Of a DNA stretch of 39,513 nucleotides, positions 1 to 12,193 are shown piece by piece. The stretch covers positions 1 through 39,513 of the forward strand of contig JBFLZG010000019.1 of NCBI GenBank assembly GCA_040756235.1. Direction: 5' to 3'. The notes beneath the pieces were generated by a model. That model was given only the letters and a program-made list of their open reading frames with translations, did not search any database and was not told the DNA's origin. This stretch comes from a bacterium. GTDB lineage: Bacteria > Desulfobacterota > DSWW01. Position 1 is the stretch's first letter; each line of letters begins with the position of its first letter. The position numbers and the translations under genes were made by a program.

Positions 1-188
1 CATCCCATCTTCGGGCCATCTTCGACCGCTCCTCAATCGCAAGATCCTCGACATAGCCGTGCTATGCCTGCGGTCTCGCTCAATCGTCGCGGCCGAATCT
101 GACCCAAATCTGGGCGCGAAACCTCCCCTCTCCAAAAGGATACAGTTGGCCCGGCCCCTGCGAGGTTATTTTTGCGCGAACCCTTAGC

Positions 189-205
189 TTGGCACGGATT
201 TCGCT
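189..205 (+). promoter_or_regulatory. sigma54 (-24/-12) promoter candidate
   Basis: TTGGCACGGATTTCGCT: TGGCACG box, GG(191-192)-N10-GC(203-204), upstream of the CDS at 406. Confidence 0.65.
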
Positions 206-405
206 GAAGCCCATCAAGCAGAGCGAGCCGGCCAGGGGGGAGATCGAAATCGCCCCCAGCAGTCGTGTCTGAGACGCAAACGTTCGGCCTGGGCAGCGCG
301 CGGGAACAGCGGCTCGTGACACCTGGCACTGGCGCCATCGGTGGACTGGGTTGTCGAGACTCCAGGAGACGCGCCCCGGCCCGGCAGCATCAGAGCCGAA
401 AATCC

Positions 406-1182
406 ATGAGACCCTGCAGGTCGCTGGTTCTTCTCATTGCCATCCTGTGGGCTGCAGCAGGCCAAGCGGGACAGGAGGAGGATGAGCCTTCAAACGATAC
501 CGATCCCACCAAGCCGGTCTTTTTCAGCGTGCGAGACGAGTACTACAACATCCAGAAGGGGGTCTGGACGAACATCGGGATCCTCCGGGCGGACAGGCTC
601 GTATTCCCGCAGATCTCGCCTTTTGGAAACTCCCGGGGGAGCATTCTCCGGTTCGAGATCCCCATTCGCACCGTGGACATCGGCATCGACTCGGAAACGG
701 GTCTCGGAGACCTCTATGCACAGGCATTGGTGATCCCCGCGCCGAGGCGAGGGTTCACGGTCGCGTACGGCACCGGTCTTGTCTTCCCCACGGCAACGGG
801 GGAGCTGCTCGGCAAGGAGAAGTGGCACCTCGCGCCGCTTTTGATCCCCGTGCAGTTCTTCCCTGAGCGGAAGGGTCTGGCGCTGGTCAAGCTTCAGGAT
901 TGGGTGTCCTTTGCCGGCGATGATGAGCGCGAGGACGTGCACGACTTCACGGTCACGCCGACAGCCCTATACCGGCTGACCCGGAGATGGTTTGTCCTCG
1001 CCGACTCCGAAGCCAAGGTTGACTGGCTGGAGAGCCATCACACGAGCTGCAAGTCGGGACTCGAGATCGGCTACATGTTCTCGAAACGCCTAGGTGCGTG
1101 GATCAAAGGCGAGATCCCTTGGGGACAGTTCCGCGAAGGGGACTGGATCCTCAGAGCAACCGTCTTCTTCACGCGGTATTGA
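406..1182 (+). CDS. exported protein, probable outer-membrane beta-barrel
   Basis: Signal peptide MRPCRSLVLLIAILWAAAGQA from ATG 406; GLGDL and FPTAT..LG..KW motifs; alternating hydrophobic strands; aromatic C-terminus (FFTRY). Confidence 0.6.
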   Translation: MRPCRSLVLLIAILWAAAGQAGQEEDEPSNDTDPTKPVFFSVRDEYYNIQKGVWTNIGILRADRLVFPQISPFGNSRGSILRFEIPIRTVDIGIDSETGLGDLYAQALVIPAPRRGFTVAYGTGLVFPTATGELLGKEKWHLAPLLIPVQFFPERKGLALVKLQDWVSFAGDDEREDVHDFTVTPTALYRLTRRWFVLADSEAKVDWLESHHTSCKSGLEIGYMFSKRLGAWIKGEIPWGQFREGDWILRATVFFTRY

Positions 1183-1562
1183 GCGGGACTGCGCGCGGCA
1201 TGGCAGGCAGCACGGGAGAACGTCCGCCTCGAGTGTACCCATGATCTGGATGGTCGCGCGGCTCAGCATGAGAAAGGACCGGGCGCTGCTCTTCGTCAAC
1301 CGGACGATATATCGTCCTTGGCGAACCCTCTCTGGTGAAGGGGACTGCGCGCACGATGGCTATGGCCGCGATATGCAATTAAAAATCTACACATTGATAA
1401 AGCTTTCTTGATTGGGATACTCTGTTTTCTGTAAAGTAGAGGCTAAGGATCGACCTCATGGCCACAGCACCGCGCCTCTCGCACTTGTGAGCTTTCGACT
1501 TCCATCGACTCGGTCGCGGACATTCGGCCCTGAAAACCAGGGGGGATGCATGGGAGACTCCC

Positions 1563-2750
1563 ATGACCGAGGCGAAGAAGCGGTTGTCTCGAGAGTTCCC
1601 CGCCAATCGTAATTCTGCACTCGTCCAGGCTGACATCATGAAGGGCAATGGGGCGGAGGGAGAACCCCTCCCCTCCAGGGTGGAGATCCAGCAGGTCAAA
1701 GATCGCCCGGACGCATGGGCCGATTGCCCACCTCTACCGACTCATTGCAGACCCGAGATCATCGGCAGAAGCAGGGCCATACAACAGGCTCTACGCCTGG
1801 TAGAGACTGCGGCGCTGACGGATTCGACCGTGCTCCTCCTGGGGGAAACCGGAACCGGCAAGAGGCTGTTCGCCAAGGCGATCCACGATCTGAGCCGTAG
1901 GAGAAACCGCCCGATGATCGTCGTCAGTTGTGCCTCTCTGCCGTCCACGCTGGTGGAAAGCGAGCTTTTCGGCAGAGAGAAAGGAGCCTACACCGGCGCC
2001 TTGACGGCACAAATTGGCCGGTTTCAACTGGCGGACGGCTCCACTTTGTTTCTCGATGAGATCGGTGAGGTTTCGCCGGAGGTTCAGGTCAAGCTGCTCC
2101 GGGTTCTGGAGGAAGGGGAGCTCGAGCGGCTCGGCAGTCCGAAGGTCCTCCGGGTGGATGCGCGGGTGGTTGCCGCCACCAACCGGGATCTGGCCGAATG
2201 CGTGCGCGAGGGCAAGTTCCGCAAGGACCTCTACTATCGCCTGAACGTCTGTCCCATCCGGATCCCACCCCTGCGGGAACGGCTCGAGGACATTCCCCTG
2301 CTGGCCAGGGCCTTTGTGATCGAGCTCACGCGGAAGATGAACAAGAGAATTCCGGAGGTGCCGGATGCGGTTATAGACAGACTTCAGAGCTACCTTTGGC
2401 CGGGCAACGTGCGCGAGCTGCGGAACGCGATCGAGCACGCCCTCATCATGAGCTCCGGGCCGACCCTGGATGTGGCCGTACCGAGAGCGGCTGACAGTCC
2501 AACTTCCCGGGTCCTGACCCTCGAGGAACGGGAGCGTGAGCACATCACGAACGTTCTGGAGATGACCGGATGGCGGATCAAGGGGTCTCGAGGGGCGGCG
2601 AAACTGCTGGGCATGAAGCCCTCAACCCTCTACTCGAGGATGAGCAAGCTGGGAATCTCAAAAAAGAAGGAGGATCCGAGCAGACCCTGCTTCTTCAGTG
2701 ACACAGCTCGAGGCGTGGATGAGGCTTCGATGAAACGAAACCATGGCTGA
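1563..2750 (+). CDS. sigma54-dependent Fis-family transcriptional activator lacking a recognisable sensory domain (copy 1)
   Basis: GETGTGK Walker [23 protein letters not shown] Walker [10 protein letters not shown]-terminal HTH; GGGAG RBS. Confidence 0.93.
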   Translation: MTEAKKRLSREFPANRNSALVQADIMKGNGAEGEPLPSRVEIQQVKDRPDAWADCPPLPTHCRPEIIGRSRAIQQALRLVETAALTDSTVLLLGETGTGKRLFAKAIHDLSRRRNRPMIVVSCASLPSTLVESELFGREKGAYTGALTAQIGRFQLADGSTLFLDEIGEVSPEVQVKLLRVLEEGELERLGSPKVLRVDARVVAATNRDLAECVREGKFRKDLYYRLNVCPIRIPPLRERLEDIPLLARAFVIELTRKMNKRIPEVPDAVIDRLQSYLWPGNVRELRNAIEHALIMSSGPTLDVAVPRAADSPTSRVLTLEEREREHITNVLEMTGWRIKGSRGAAKLLGMKPSTLYSRMSKLGISKKKEDPSRPCFFSDTARGVDEASMKRNHG

Positions 2751-3023
2751 GGACCGGAGAGCCAGAATCGGCAGGGTCTTCCAGTGCAGCCCAGGAATCT
2801 TTTCAGGCGCTCCTTGGCGCAAATCCGGCGGCTGAAAAACCTGCTCCGGGTCGCCGGCAACGCCTATTCCCGCGACGACATCGGGGTCCGGAGCGATTTC
2901 CGGGAAAGAGTCGTGGTTGGCCATGATCCCTTCCGGGTCCGGGTGTACCCGGAAGGCCTATTCTCATGATTGCGTCACCAACCACTAGAATCTTCTCTTG
3001 AGGCTCTGATCATCTAATGTTGA

Positions 3024-5124
<2,101 letters not shown>

Positions 5125-5452
5125 GACAAGAATTGCCCGGTGTGGCGTGTGCGCGGGCCGCAGGGAGCCGCCCAGATCCTGGGCCCGAACCCCTCGCCCC
5201 TCCGCTTCTGCATGCGCAAGCTGGGGATTTGAAGGGATTTTTGAACCCGAGCGCAACATGTTGCGCAAAATAGGGTCGCATGTTGATTTCATCGACTTCC
5301 GCCGTACCTCCGATCCCCTCTCTTCAGCGAAAATCTCTCCCACACCAGCCGCTTAGCAGGCTCGTCCACCGTCAGGCACGGAAGTCGTATCCGGCGGATT
5401 CCGTAACGATCAGGAAGGCAGAAGCAGCCCGATACGGAAGGGGATGTGGGAC

Positions 5453-5809
5453 ATGGACTTCGTCGCGATCCAGTTTGTCTCTCAACCCAGGAAGCGTCGC
5501 GAGTTCCTGCTGACCGTCCGGCCCCTGATGGACCTCACGCGTCGGGAGCCCGGGTGCACGAGCTTCCGCCTTTTTCATGAGCTGGAAAACAGGATGGTCT
5601 CCCTGGCGGTCGGCACGTGGGAGACTCCCCGAGACTTGGACCGCTATCTCCAGTCGGATCTGTTCCAGGTGCTGCTCGGCACGGCAAGCCTGCTGCGGGC
5701 ACCGCCGGATACCCATGTGAACGGGATCCCCTGCGGGAGCGCCGGGACGAGCTCCAAGAGCAGACCCCTGAGGCAGCCCCGACCCCGTTGGAACCGCAAG
5801 ACATGGTAG
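5453..5809 (+). CDS. antibiotic biosynthesis monooxygenase (ABM)-like protein
   Basis: RREPGCTSFRLF and W-x4-LDRYLQS pattern of ABM/quinol monooxygenase domains; start 5453 or 5444. Confidence 0.7.
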   Translation: MDFVAIQFVSQPRKRREFLLTVRPLMDLTRREPGCTSFRLFHELENRMVSLAVGTWETPRDLDRYLQSDLFQVLLGTASLLRAPPDTHVNGIPCGSAGTSSKSRPLRQPRPRWNRKTW

Positions 5810-5902
5810 AGGAGAGTGACTGCTAGAGCAGGCGTGCCTGCAACCGGAGTGCGACTTGTGGGTCTTAGGGGCCGGACTCGCAGAGAGGGAGAGGAAGCAA
5901 CC

Positions 5903-6346
5903 ATGGTCTATCCCTGCCGGGCAAGCCTCGCCGTCCTCGGCGCCGCACTCCTGACGCTCCAGGGCTGCGAGGGACTGCTCGTCACCGACACCCAGAGTCT
6001 GCTGGTGCCCAGATTCACGCGCTCCGAAGTGCTGGGTTTCTTGGCCGGCTTCGGCACCACCTTTGCCGCGGTGCCGGACTTGATTGCGATGCTCAGGCGA
6101 AAGTCTACGCAGGGGATGAATCCGCGCATGGCCGGCATCATCGGGTCGTTCCAGATACTCTGGATCTGGTATGGACTCGTGATCGCGTCCAGGCCTGTCG
6201 TGTTGTGGAACACGATCGGCGTGCTCACCAATTTCTTCAGCGTAGGTGCGTTTCTATACTTTGCGCGCCGGGCGCCTCCCGGCGCGACCCGTGGCCGCCC
6301 GGCGCTCCGGCACGGAGAAGATCGAGGAGGGACGGATACGAGCTGA
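5903..6346 (+). CDS. SemiSWEET/PQ-loop family transporter
   Basis: EVLGFLAGFGTTFAAVPD..RRKST.GM...LWIWYG....PVVLWN three-helix pattern; GAGG RBS before ATG 5903. Confidence 0.8.
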   Translation: MVYPCRASLAVLGAALLTLQGCEGLLVTDTQSLLVPRFTRSEVLGFLAGFGTTFAAVPDLIAMLRRKSTQGMNPRMAGIIGSFQILWIWYGLVIASRPVVLWNTIGVLTNFFSVGAFLYFARRAPPGATRGRPALRHGEDRGGTDTS

Positions 6347-6513
6347 GTCTTTCGGCACTCTACGAGTCCGTGGCGGATTCACGAAGTCGTTGCGGCCGTC
6401 CCTTTTTCATCGCGCCGTGTTCGCGGAAGCAAGCGCCCCGAGCTGGCGAGGTCGTTATGCCTTGGATGCGGAGGGGGGCATCGTTCTTTGCTTTTGCAGC
6501 CACGTGTAAGGCG

Positions 6514-8751
6514 ATGGGAACACTGCACAGATACCTGACGTGTCTGATCATCCTGCTCGCGGCGGGTTTCCGTCCCGACCTCGCCGGTGCCCCGAGTCAA
6601 CCTCGGACCGCGATGGCGGCAAAGAGCATTCTGGTTCTGCATGCCCACGAAGCCAACGCACCCGTGTTCCAACAAACAGGAGCCGGGATCTCCAGGAAGC
6701 TGGAGTCGGGCGGGATCCCCATACTGAACCAGTTCCATGTAACGCTCGACCTGAGGCGGAATCCCGGTCCCGAGTACAGGAGGCTCCTGGTCGAGGAAAT
6801 GCGCGTGCGGTGCGGCCGCCGCAAGATAGACATGATCGTCACCATTTACCTGGAAGCCTTGGAATTCCTGCTGCAGGAGGGCCGGGACGTCTTGCGCGAT
6901 ATTCCCATCCTGGCCCTGTACCTTCCGCAAGACTACGAGCTGCCGCAAGCGGACCGTCTCATCATCGGGCATTTCCCCGTGCTCGATATAACCGGGACCC
7001 TCGAGATTGCGCTCAAGCTCGTTCCCGGGGCAAATCACATCTACGTGGTGAGCGGGACCCACACACTGGACAGAGGGGTCGAAGACCAGGCCAAGCGCGA
7101 CTTGAAGAAATGGGAAAGCAGGCTGGAGTTTCACTACCTGAGCCACATGTCCTTTGAGGATATCTTGACTGCTCTATCCAACACGCCCCCCGGTACGGTC
7201 GTTCTTCATTTGCCCTTCACCCGCGATGCTGCCGGGAAGATCTTCGCATCGCCCAATGTGGTGGAACAAATGGCCCGGGTCTCTGCGGCTCCGATCTTCG
7301 GGATGCTCAAACCCACTCTCGGGCACGGTATCATTGGGGGCTCCCTGCTCGACTTCGAGCGCATTGGCGAAGACGCTGGTGAGCTGGTTCTTGAGGTGCT
7401 CGGCGGCCCCCAGGCGCCGGAGAACATCCGCGGATTCCGGAATCCGCCATCCGTGCCGATGTTCGACTGGCGGCAACTGAGGAAGTGGAACCTGAGCGGG
7501 TCTGCTTTGCCGAAAGGAAGCCTGGTGGTCAACAGGGAGTCCGGCCTCTGGGATCTGAGGTACTACATCGCTGCTGGCCTGGCCTTCATCCTGGCGCAGT
7601 CGTTCCTGTTGGTCCGGCTGTGGGCCCAGCAACGCCGCAGGAAATCGGCCGAGGATTCGTTGCGCCAGAAGACGGTGGAACTGGATCAATTCTTTGGCGT
7701 CAGCACGGACCTGCTCTGCATTGCGAGCGTGAACGGCTACTTCCTGCGCCTGAACCCGGCCTGGGAGAGGACTCTCGGTTACACCAGGGAAGAGCTCATG
7801 GCGACCCGGTTCCTTGATTTTGTCCACCCTGAAGACCTGGCCAGCACACAGAACGCCCTTTCCAGACTGGGATCGCAGCAGCAGCTGACCTCCTTCACGA
7901 ATCGCTACCGCTGCAGAGGCGGCGGCCATCGCTGGCTGGAATGGACGGCAACCCCGGCCAAGGGGCTGATCTATGCGGCTGCACGGGACGTCACGGACCA
8001 CCTGACCGCACAGGCCGAGGCCATGCAGCGCAGGGAGGAATTCGCCCACATGGCGCGGGTCGCAACGCTGGGGGAACTGACCGCCTCCCTGGCCCATGAG
8101 ATCAACCAGCCCCTGACCGCCATCCTGAGCAACGCGCAGGCAGCCCAGCGATTTCTCACCCTGGCCGCGCCCGACATCAGCGAAGTCCGGCAGATCCTGG
8201 GCGACATCGTCCGCGACGACAGGCGGGCCGCTGAAGTGGTCCGGAATCTCAGGGCTCTCATTAGAAAGAAAGAGCCCTGCCACGAACTTCTGGATCTGAA
8301 CCAGGCGATCCGAGAGGTCATTGTCCTCACTCGGGGCGAGGCTCTGCTAGCGGAGCTCTCCGTTACCACGGAATTGAGCCCCGACTTGAAAAGGGTTCGC
8401 GGGGACCATGGGCAACTGCAGCAGGTCATTCTGAATCTCATTCTGAACAGCGCGGCGGCCATGAGAAATACTCCGAAGGATCGACGCAAGATCATCGTGA
8501 GAACCGAGATGCAGGATAAGGGAACGGTGAGGGTTTCGTTGACGGATTTCGGGGCCGGCATCGATGAGAACAACCTGGAGCGCCTGTTCGAGCCCTTCTA
8601 CACAACCAAGTCCGACGGCCTGGGTATGGGACTTTCCATCAGCCAGAGGATCATCAAGGCCCATGGCGGGATCATGCAGGCTTCCAATAACCCGGCTGGC
8701 GGCGCGACCTTCAGTTTCTCGCTGCCGGCGCCGCAGGGAGATCCTTCGTGA
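6514..8751 (+). CDS. membrane sensor histidine kinase (extracytoplasmic binding-protein-like domain, TM helix, PAS, HisKA, HATPase; FixL-like)
   Basis: PAS (NPAWERTLGY..FVHPED), H-box AHEINQPL, QQVILNL, DFGAGI, FEPFYTTK, GLGMGLSI; start uncertain (6458/6514). Confidence 0.9.
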   Translation: MGTLHRYLTCLIILLAAGFRPDLAGAPSQPRTAMAAKSILVLHAHEANAPVFQQTGAGISRKLESGGIPILNQFHVTLDLRRNPGPEYRRLLVEEMRVRCGRRKIDMIVTIYLEALEFLLQEGRDVLRDIPILALYLPQDYELPQADRLIIGHFPVLDITGTLEIALKLVPGANHIYVVSGTHTLDRGVEDQAKRDLKKWESRLEFHYLSHMSFEDILTALSNTPPGTVVLHLPFTRDAAGKIFASPNVVEQMARVSAAPIFGMLKPTLGHGIIGGSLLDFERIGEDAGELVLEVLGGPQAPENIRGFRNPPSVPMFDWRQLRKWNLSGSALPKGSLVVNRESGLWDLRYYIAAGLAFILAQSFLLVRLWAQQRRRKSAEDSLRQKTVELDQFFGVSTDLLCIASVNGYFLRLNPAWERTLGYTREELMATRFLDFVHPEDLASTQNALSRLGSQQQLTSFTNRYRCRGGGHRWLEWTATPAKGLIYAAARDVTDHLTAQAEAMQRREEFAHMARVATLGELTASLAHEINQPLTAILSNAQAAQRFLTLAAPDISEVRQILGDIVRDDRRAAEVVRNLRALIRKKEPCHELLDLNQAIREVIVLTRGEALLAELSVTTELSPDLKRVRGDHGQLQQVILNLILNSAAAMRNTPKDRRKIIVRTEMQDKGTVRVSLTDFGAGIDENNLERLFEPFYTTKSDGLGMGLSISQRIIKAHGGIMQASNNPAGGATFSFSLPAPQGDPS

Positions 8752-9374
8752 CAGAGGAGCAGCCTGTAGTCTATGTGGTGGACGACGACCCTTCTGTCCG
8801 GGAGGCTTTGGAACGCCTGCTTCGATCGGCCAACTATGACGCGAAAACCTTTACGTCGGCCGCTGGTTTTCTGGATTTCAGCCTCCCGGACGCGCCGGGC
8901 TGCCTTCTTCTGGATATCCGGATGCCCGAGCTGAGCGGTCTGGACCTTCAGGACCGGCTGGCCGAGCAGGGCGTTTCCTTGCCCGTCATCTTCGTCACCG
9001 CCCATGGGACGGTCGCCAGGACCGTGAAGGCCTTCAAGGCCGGAGCCGTGGATTTCCTCCAGAAACCCTTTGAGGAAACGGACCTCCTGGATGCCGTCTC
9101 CCGTGCCGTGGAGAGGCACCGTCGCCTGCGGCAAGGGCAAAGGGAAATCGGCGTGCTCCAGGCAAGGCTGGACACCCTCACCCCACGGGAACGCGAGGTC
9201 TTCGCGCTCGTGGTCAGCGGCATGCTGAACAAGCAGATTGCTTTCGATCTTGGAACTGCCGAAAAGACCATCAAGGTGCACCGTGCCCGTGTGATGGAAA
9301 AGATGGGCGCCCAATCCCTTTCAGACCTCGTTCGCTTTGCCGAAAAGCTTGGGAGCCGCGCCTCGCCGGGCTGA
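8748..9374 (+). CDS. FixJ/LuxR-family response regulator
   Basis: VVDDD, LLDIRMP, FLQKPF, LTPREREV..NKQIA..TIKVHR; GTGA overlap with the kinase stop. Confidence 0.94.
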   Translation: MTEEQPVVYVVDDDPSVREALERLLRSANYDAKTFTSAAGFLDFSLPDAPGCLLLDIRMPELSGLDLQDRLAEQGVSLPVIFVTAHGTVARTVKAFKAGAVDFLQKPFEETDLLDAVSRAVERHRRLRQGQREIGVLQARLDTLTPREREVFALVVSGMLNKQIAFDLGTAEKTIKVHRARVMEKMGAQSLSDLVRFAEKLGSRASPG

Positions 9375-9646
9375 GTTTTTCCATGCGACCAAGGTGTAAT
9401 GTCTTCCCGTACTCTGACCTTGTCTCTCGAGCCGCTCTGTTCCCGGCCAGGTGCCGTCGAATGAATCACCGGAAGGTCTCCCCCTGACGAAGCCCAGGCA
9501 CTTCTCCTCCGAGAGAGAAAACCCGACGTCCCCCAGTTGGACCAAGGTCCAATATCCTCTCCCGAAACTTCGCGGTAGGCCTGGATCATCAAGTAAAAGA
9601 AGGCGATTATCGCCAGGGGGGCAGCGACTCTGTTCCGGCGTGGGCG

Positions 9647-9662
9647 GGGTTACGATCATGCA
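9647..9662 (+). promoter_or_regulatory. weak sigma54 promoter candidate
   Basis: GG(9648-9649)-N10-GC(9660-9661), GGGTTACGATCATGCA, just upstream of the AGGAG RBS of 9690; -24 box imperfect. Confidence 0.3.
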
Positions 9663-9689
9663 ACCTCGGTTAGAGCCAGGAGAACTCTC

Positions 9690-10898
9690 ATGACTGCGGA
9701 AAGAGAGCGTCTTCTCCCTTCCGAGATGAAGCACGCGCTCCTCGAGAATCTCATTTCCGAGCCCGGGCAGCCTGATATCACGAATCGCGGGGGTACGCAG
9801 GAAATTCCATGCCCGCAGAGGAACGATACCCAGCCGGGCCGTCGTCCCCTGGGGGCGGGGACCCGCTGCACGCCCCTGCAGGCCAACTGCACGGCACAGA
9901 TCATCGGTAGGAGCCGCGCCATTCGAGAGGCGCTCCGCCTGGTCGAAAGCGCGGCACCGACCGATTCGACCGTGCTCCTCATGGGGGAAACCGGAACCGG
10001 CAAGAGGCTGTTCGCCAAAGCGATCCATGACCTGAGCCGCCGCAAGACCCGTTCCATGATCCTTGTCAACTGCGCTTCCCTGCCGTGCACTCTGGTGGAG
10101 AGCGAGCTTTTCGGCAGAGAGAAGGGAGCCTACACCGGCGCCTTGACGGCACAAGTGGGCCGGTTTCAACTGGCCGACGGCTCCACCTTGTTCCTCGACG
10201 AGATCGGCGAGGTGTCGCCCGAGGTCCAGGTCAAGCTGCTGCGGGTGTTGGAGGAAGGGGAGTTCGAGCGGCTCGGCAGTCCGAAGGTCCTCAGGATCAA
10301 CGTCCGGGTGATCGCCGCCACCAACCGGGATCTGGCCGAATGCGTGCGCGATGGCACGTTTCGCAAGGACCTGTTCTACCGCCTGAACGTGTGCCCCATC
10401 CGAATCCCTCCCCTGCGGGAACGGCTCGATGACATTCCCCTGCTGGTCAAAGCCCTTGTGATCGAGCTCACCCGGAAGATGAACAGGAGAATCCCGGAGG
10501 TGGCGGAGGCCGTCATCGAGAGGTTGCAGAGCTACCTCTGGCCGGGCAATGTGCGTGAGCTGCGGAACGTGATCGAGCACGCGCTCATCATGAGCTCCGG
10601 AACGACTCTGGAAGTGGATTTGCCCAGAGCGGTCGACAGGCAGACATCCCGAGTCCTCACTCTCGAGGATATGAAGCGTGAGCACATCACGAATGTTCTG
10701 GATACGACCGGATGGCGGATCAAGGGGCCGCAAGGAGCGGCGAAGGTGCTGGGGATGAAGCCGTCGACCCTCTACTCCGTGATGAACAAACTGGGAATCA
10801 CCAAGACGAGAGCAAACCGCGAAAGCCGCGAGGGACTACCGAGGGCTCCCGGATTTGGAATGACACCGTGGGCAGAGCTCCCCATGCATGATTGTTAG
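9690..10898 (+). CDS. sigma54-dependent Fis-family transcriptional activator lacking a recognisable sensory domain (copy 2)
   Basis: Same AAA+ and HTH motifs as 1563..2750, with long identical DNA stretches; AGGAG RBS. Confidence 0.93.
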   Translation: MTAERERLLPSEMKHALLENLISEPGQPDITNRGGTQEIPCPQRNDTQPGRRPLGAGTRCTPLQANCTAQIIGRSRAIREALRLVESAAPTDSTVLLMGETGTGKRLFAKAIHDLSRRKTRSMILVNCASLPCTLVESELFGREKGAYTGALTAQVGRFQLADGSTLFLDEIGEVSPEVQVKLLRVLEEGEFERLGSPKVLRINVRVIAATNRDLAECVRDGTFRKDLFYRLNVCPIRIPPLRERLDDIPLLVKALVIELTRKMNRRIPEVAEAVIERLQSYLWPGNVRELRNVIEHALIMSSGTTLEVDLPRAVDRQTSRVLTLEDMKREHITNVLDTTGWRIKGPQGAAKVLGMKPSTLYSVMNKLGITKTRANRESREGLPRAPGFGMTPWAELPMHDC

Positions 10899-10938
10899 AG
10901 AGCAGGCGACCCTGCAAGCGGCCTGCGCATTTCGGCGG

Positions 10939-11007
10939 TGACCGTTCGTGGCCGTATGCCTTCAACGCAGCCACCGTATATGCTCGGACCTCGGGTTCGT
11001 CCTGCAC
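10939..11007 (-). pseudogene. possible receiver-domain relic
   Basis: VQDEPEVRAYTVAALKAYGH resembles the beta1-alpha1 start of a REC domain; no continuation. Confidence 0.35.
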
Positions 11008-11042
11008 AGCTCTCGGCTGGCAATGATCAGCCGTGTCGATTG

Positions 11043-11083
11043 CAGAACGTCGGGTCTACCTCAGAACGTCGGGTTTACCTCAG
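11043..11083. repeat. 19-bp tandem duplication
   Basis: CAGAACGTCGGGTCTACCT / CAGAACGTCGGGTTTACCT / CAG, one mismatch. Confidence 0.85.
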
Positions 11084-11159
11084 GAGGGTTCTCTCAGAAC
11101 AGGGCTGTGCCGGACTCCGCACCGAGAGCGTTGACAGCCGTGTCCCGTCCTCTTCAGCC

Positions 11160-11582
11160 TCACGGCGGAGTACAGGCTCCAAAGATGACAAAAGCCTCTT
11201 GGTCCCCAGCGACCGTGAGGACCATGTAGCCGGTGGCTTCGGTGAGGGCCATGCTCCACTTGCGGCCGCTCTGCACCCCGTTCAGGAGAATGACCCCATC
11301 GGCACGATCCACCTTCTCGATCTTGGATGCCCTCGCCTGATCCTCCTTCGTCGTGTAGACCTCCTTGCTGCCGAAATCGATCCTGAGAAAGCGTGAGAGC
11401 CCGTTGCTCTCAGGCGTCCCGCCTTCGCACCCGGTGTCCGGTCCGCACTCGAAGGCATTGATCATCGCGCACACGAGCGGCTTCGATCCATCGAACTCGG
11501 CTGCAAGCGCAGTTTCAAAGGCGCTGCCCGCCAGAAGCAGCAGCAGCGAGCCTGTGGCGATCCCGAACATCTTCTTGCTCAT
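11160..11582 (-). CDS. exported Cys-containing hypothetical protein
   Basis: GAGGAGGG RBS, signal peptide ending ALA-A, FDGSKPLVCA..C.....C and terminal FGAC. Confidence 0.8.
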   Translation of the reverse strand: MSKKMFGIATGSLLLLLAGSAFETALAAEFDGSKPLVCAMINAFECGPDTGCEGGTPESNGLSRFLRIDFGSKEVYTTKEDQARASKIEKVDRADGVILLNGVQSGRKWSMALTEATGYMVLTVAGDQEAFVIFGACTPP

Positions 11583-11611
11583 CTCGGATTCCCTCCTCCT
11601 CGGTCCGGCTG

Positions 11612-12106
11612 TTACTTCAAGGTGTAACTGCGTCCCTCCAGGCAGGCACCGTACGCACGGTCGTACTCACTGCGCCTCTGGTCGTATTGAGCCTGCTGCT
11701 GCGCAACCTGCTGCTGATACTGGGCCTGCTGATCCCGATGCTCGGAGCGCTTGCGCACAGCTCCGAGTCCACCGCCGGTCGCGGCCCCGATCGCCGCACC
11801 CTTGCCGGGGTCTCCCGCGATGGCGCCCCCGATCGCACCAAGCGCCGCCCCTCCCGCAGCTCCGCGGGCCACCTGCCCCTCGTGTTGTGGTCTCGACGGC
11901 GGCGGGGCGGGAGCGGCTTGCGGCGCCTGCATGGGATCGAAGCCGCTCTGCTGCTTGGCCCAGGTGTAGCACTCGAACTTGTCCTTCTCCATCTGCTCCG
12001 GACTCTGACCCTTGGCAGGATAGACGAAAGGCTCGGCTGCCCCGGCGCTTCCGGAGATCGTGCTCATGAGAAGGAGTACCACCAAGATCCGTAATGTCCT
12101 TTGCAT
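11612..12106 (-). CDS. exported glycine-zipper protein
   Basis: Signal peptide, YPAKGQS.EQ..KD..EC..WA, GAAGGAALGAIGGAIAG zipper, C-terminal ACLEGRSY. Confidence 0.88.
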   Translation of the reverse strand: MQRTLRILVVLLLMSTISGSAGAAEPFVYPAKGQSPEQMEKDKFECYTWAKQQSGFDPMQAPQAAPAPPPSRPQHEGQVARGAAGGAALGAIGGAIAGDPGKGAAIGAATGGGLGAVRKRSEHRDQQAQYQQQVAQQQAQYDQRRSEYDRAYGACLEGRSYTLK

Positions 12107-12193
12107 AGCGGATTCCCTCCATCGGACTTTTCTGAAAAGAGATTCTCTGTCAGCGGACAGGAGATACCCAACTCACTCCAGAGCTCGGGCCAT

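Noticed and set aside
1363..1378. sigma54 promoter TGGCCGCGATATGCA
   Set aside because: GG-GC spacing is 9 nt, not the required 10.
5374..5390. sigma54 promoter AGGCACGGAAGTCGTA
   Set aside because: The -12 dinucleotide is GT rather than GC, so it was not called despite the upstream palindromes.
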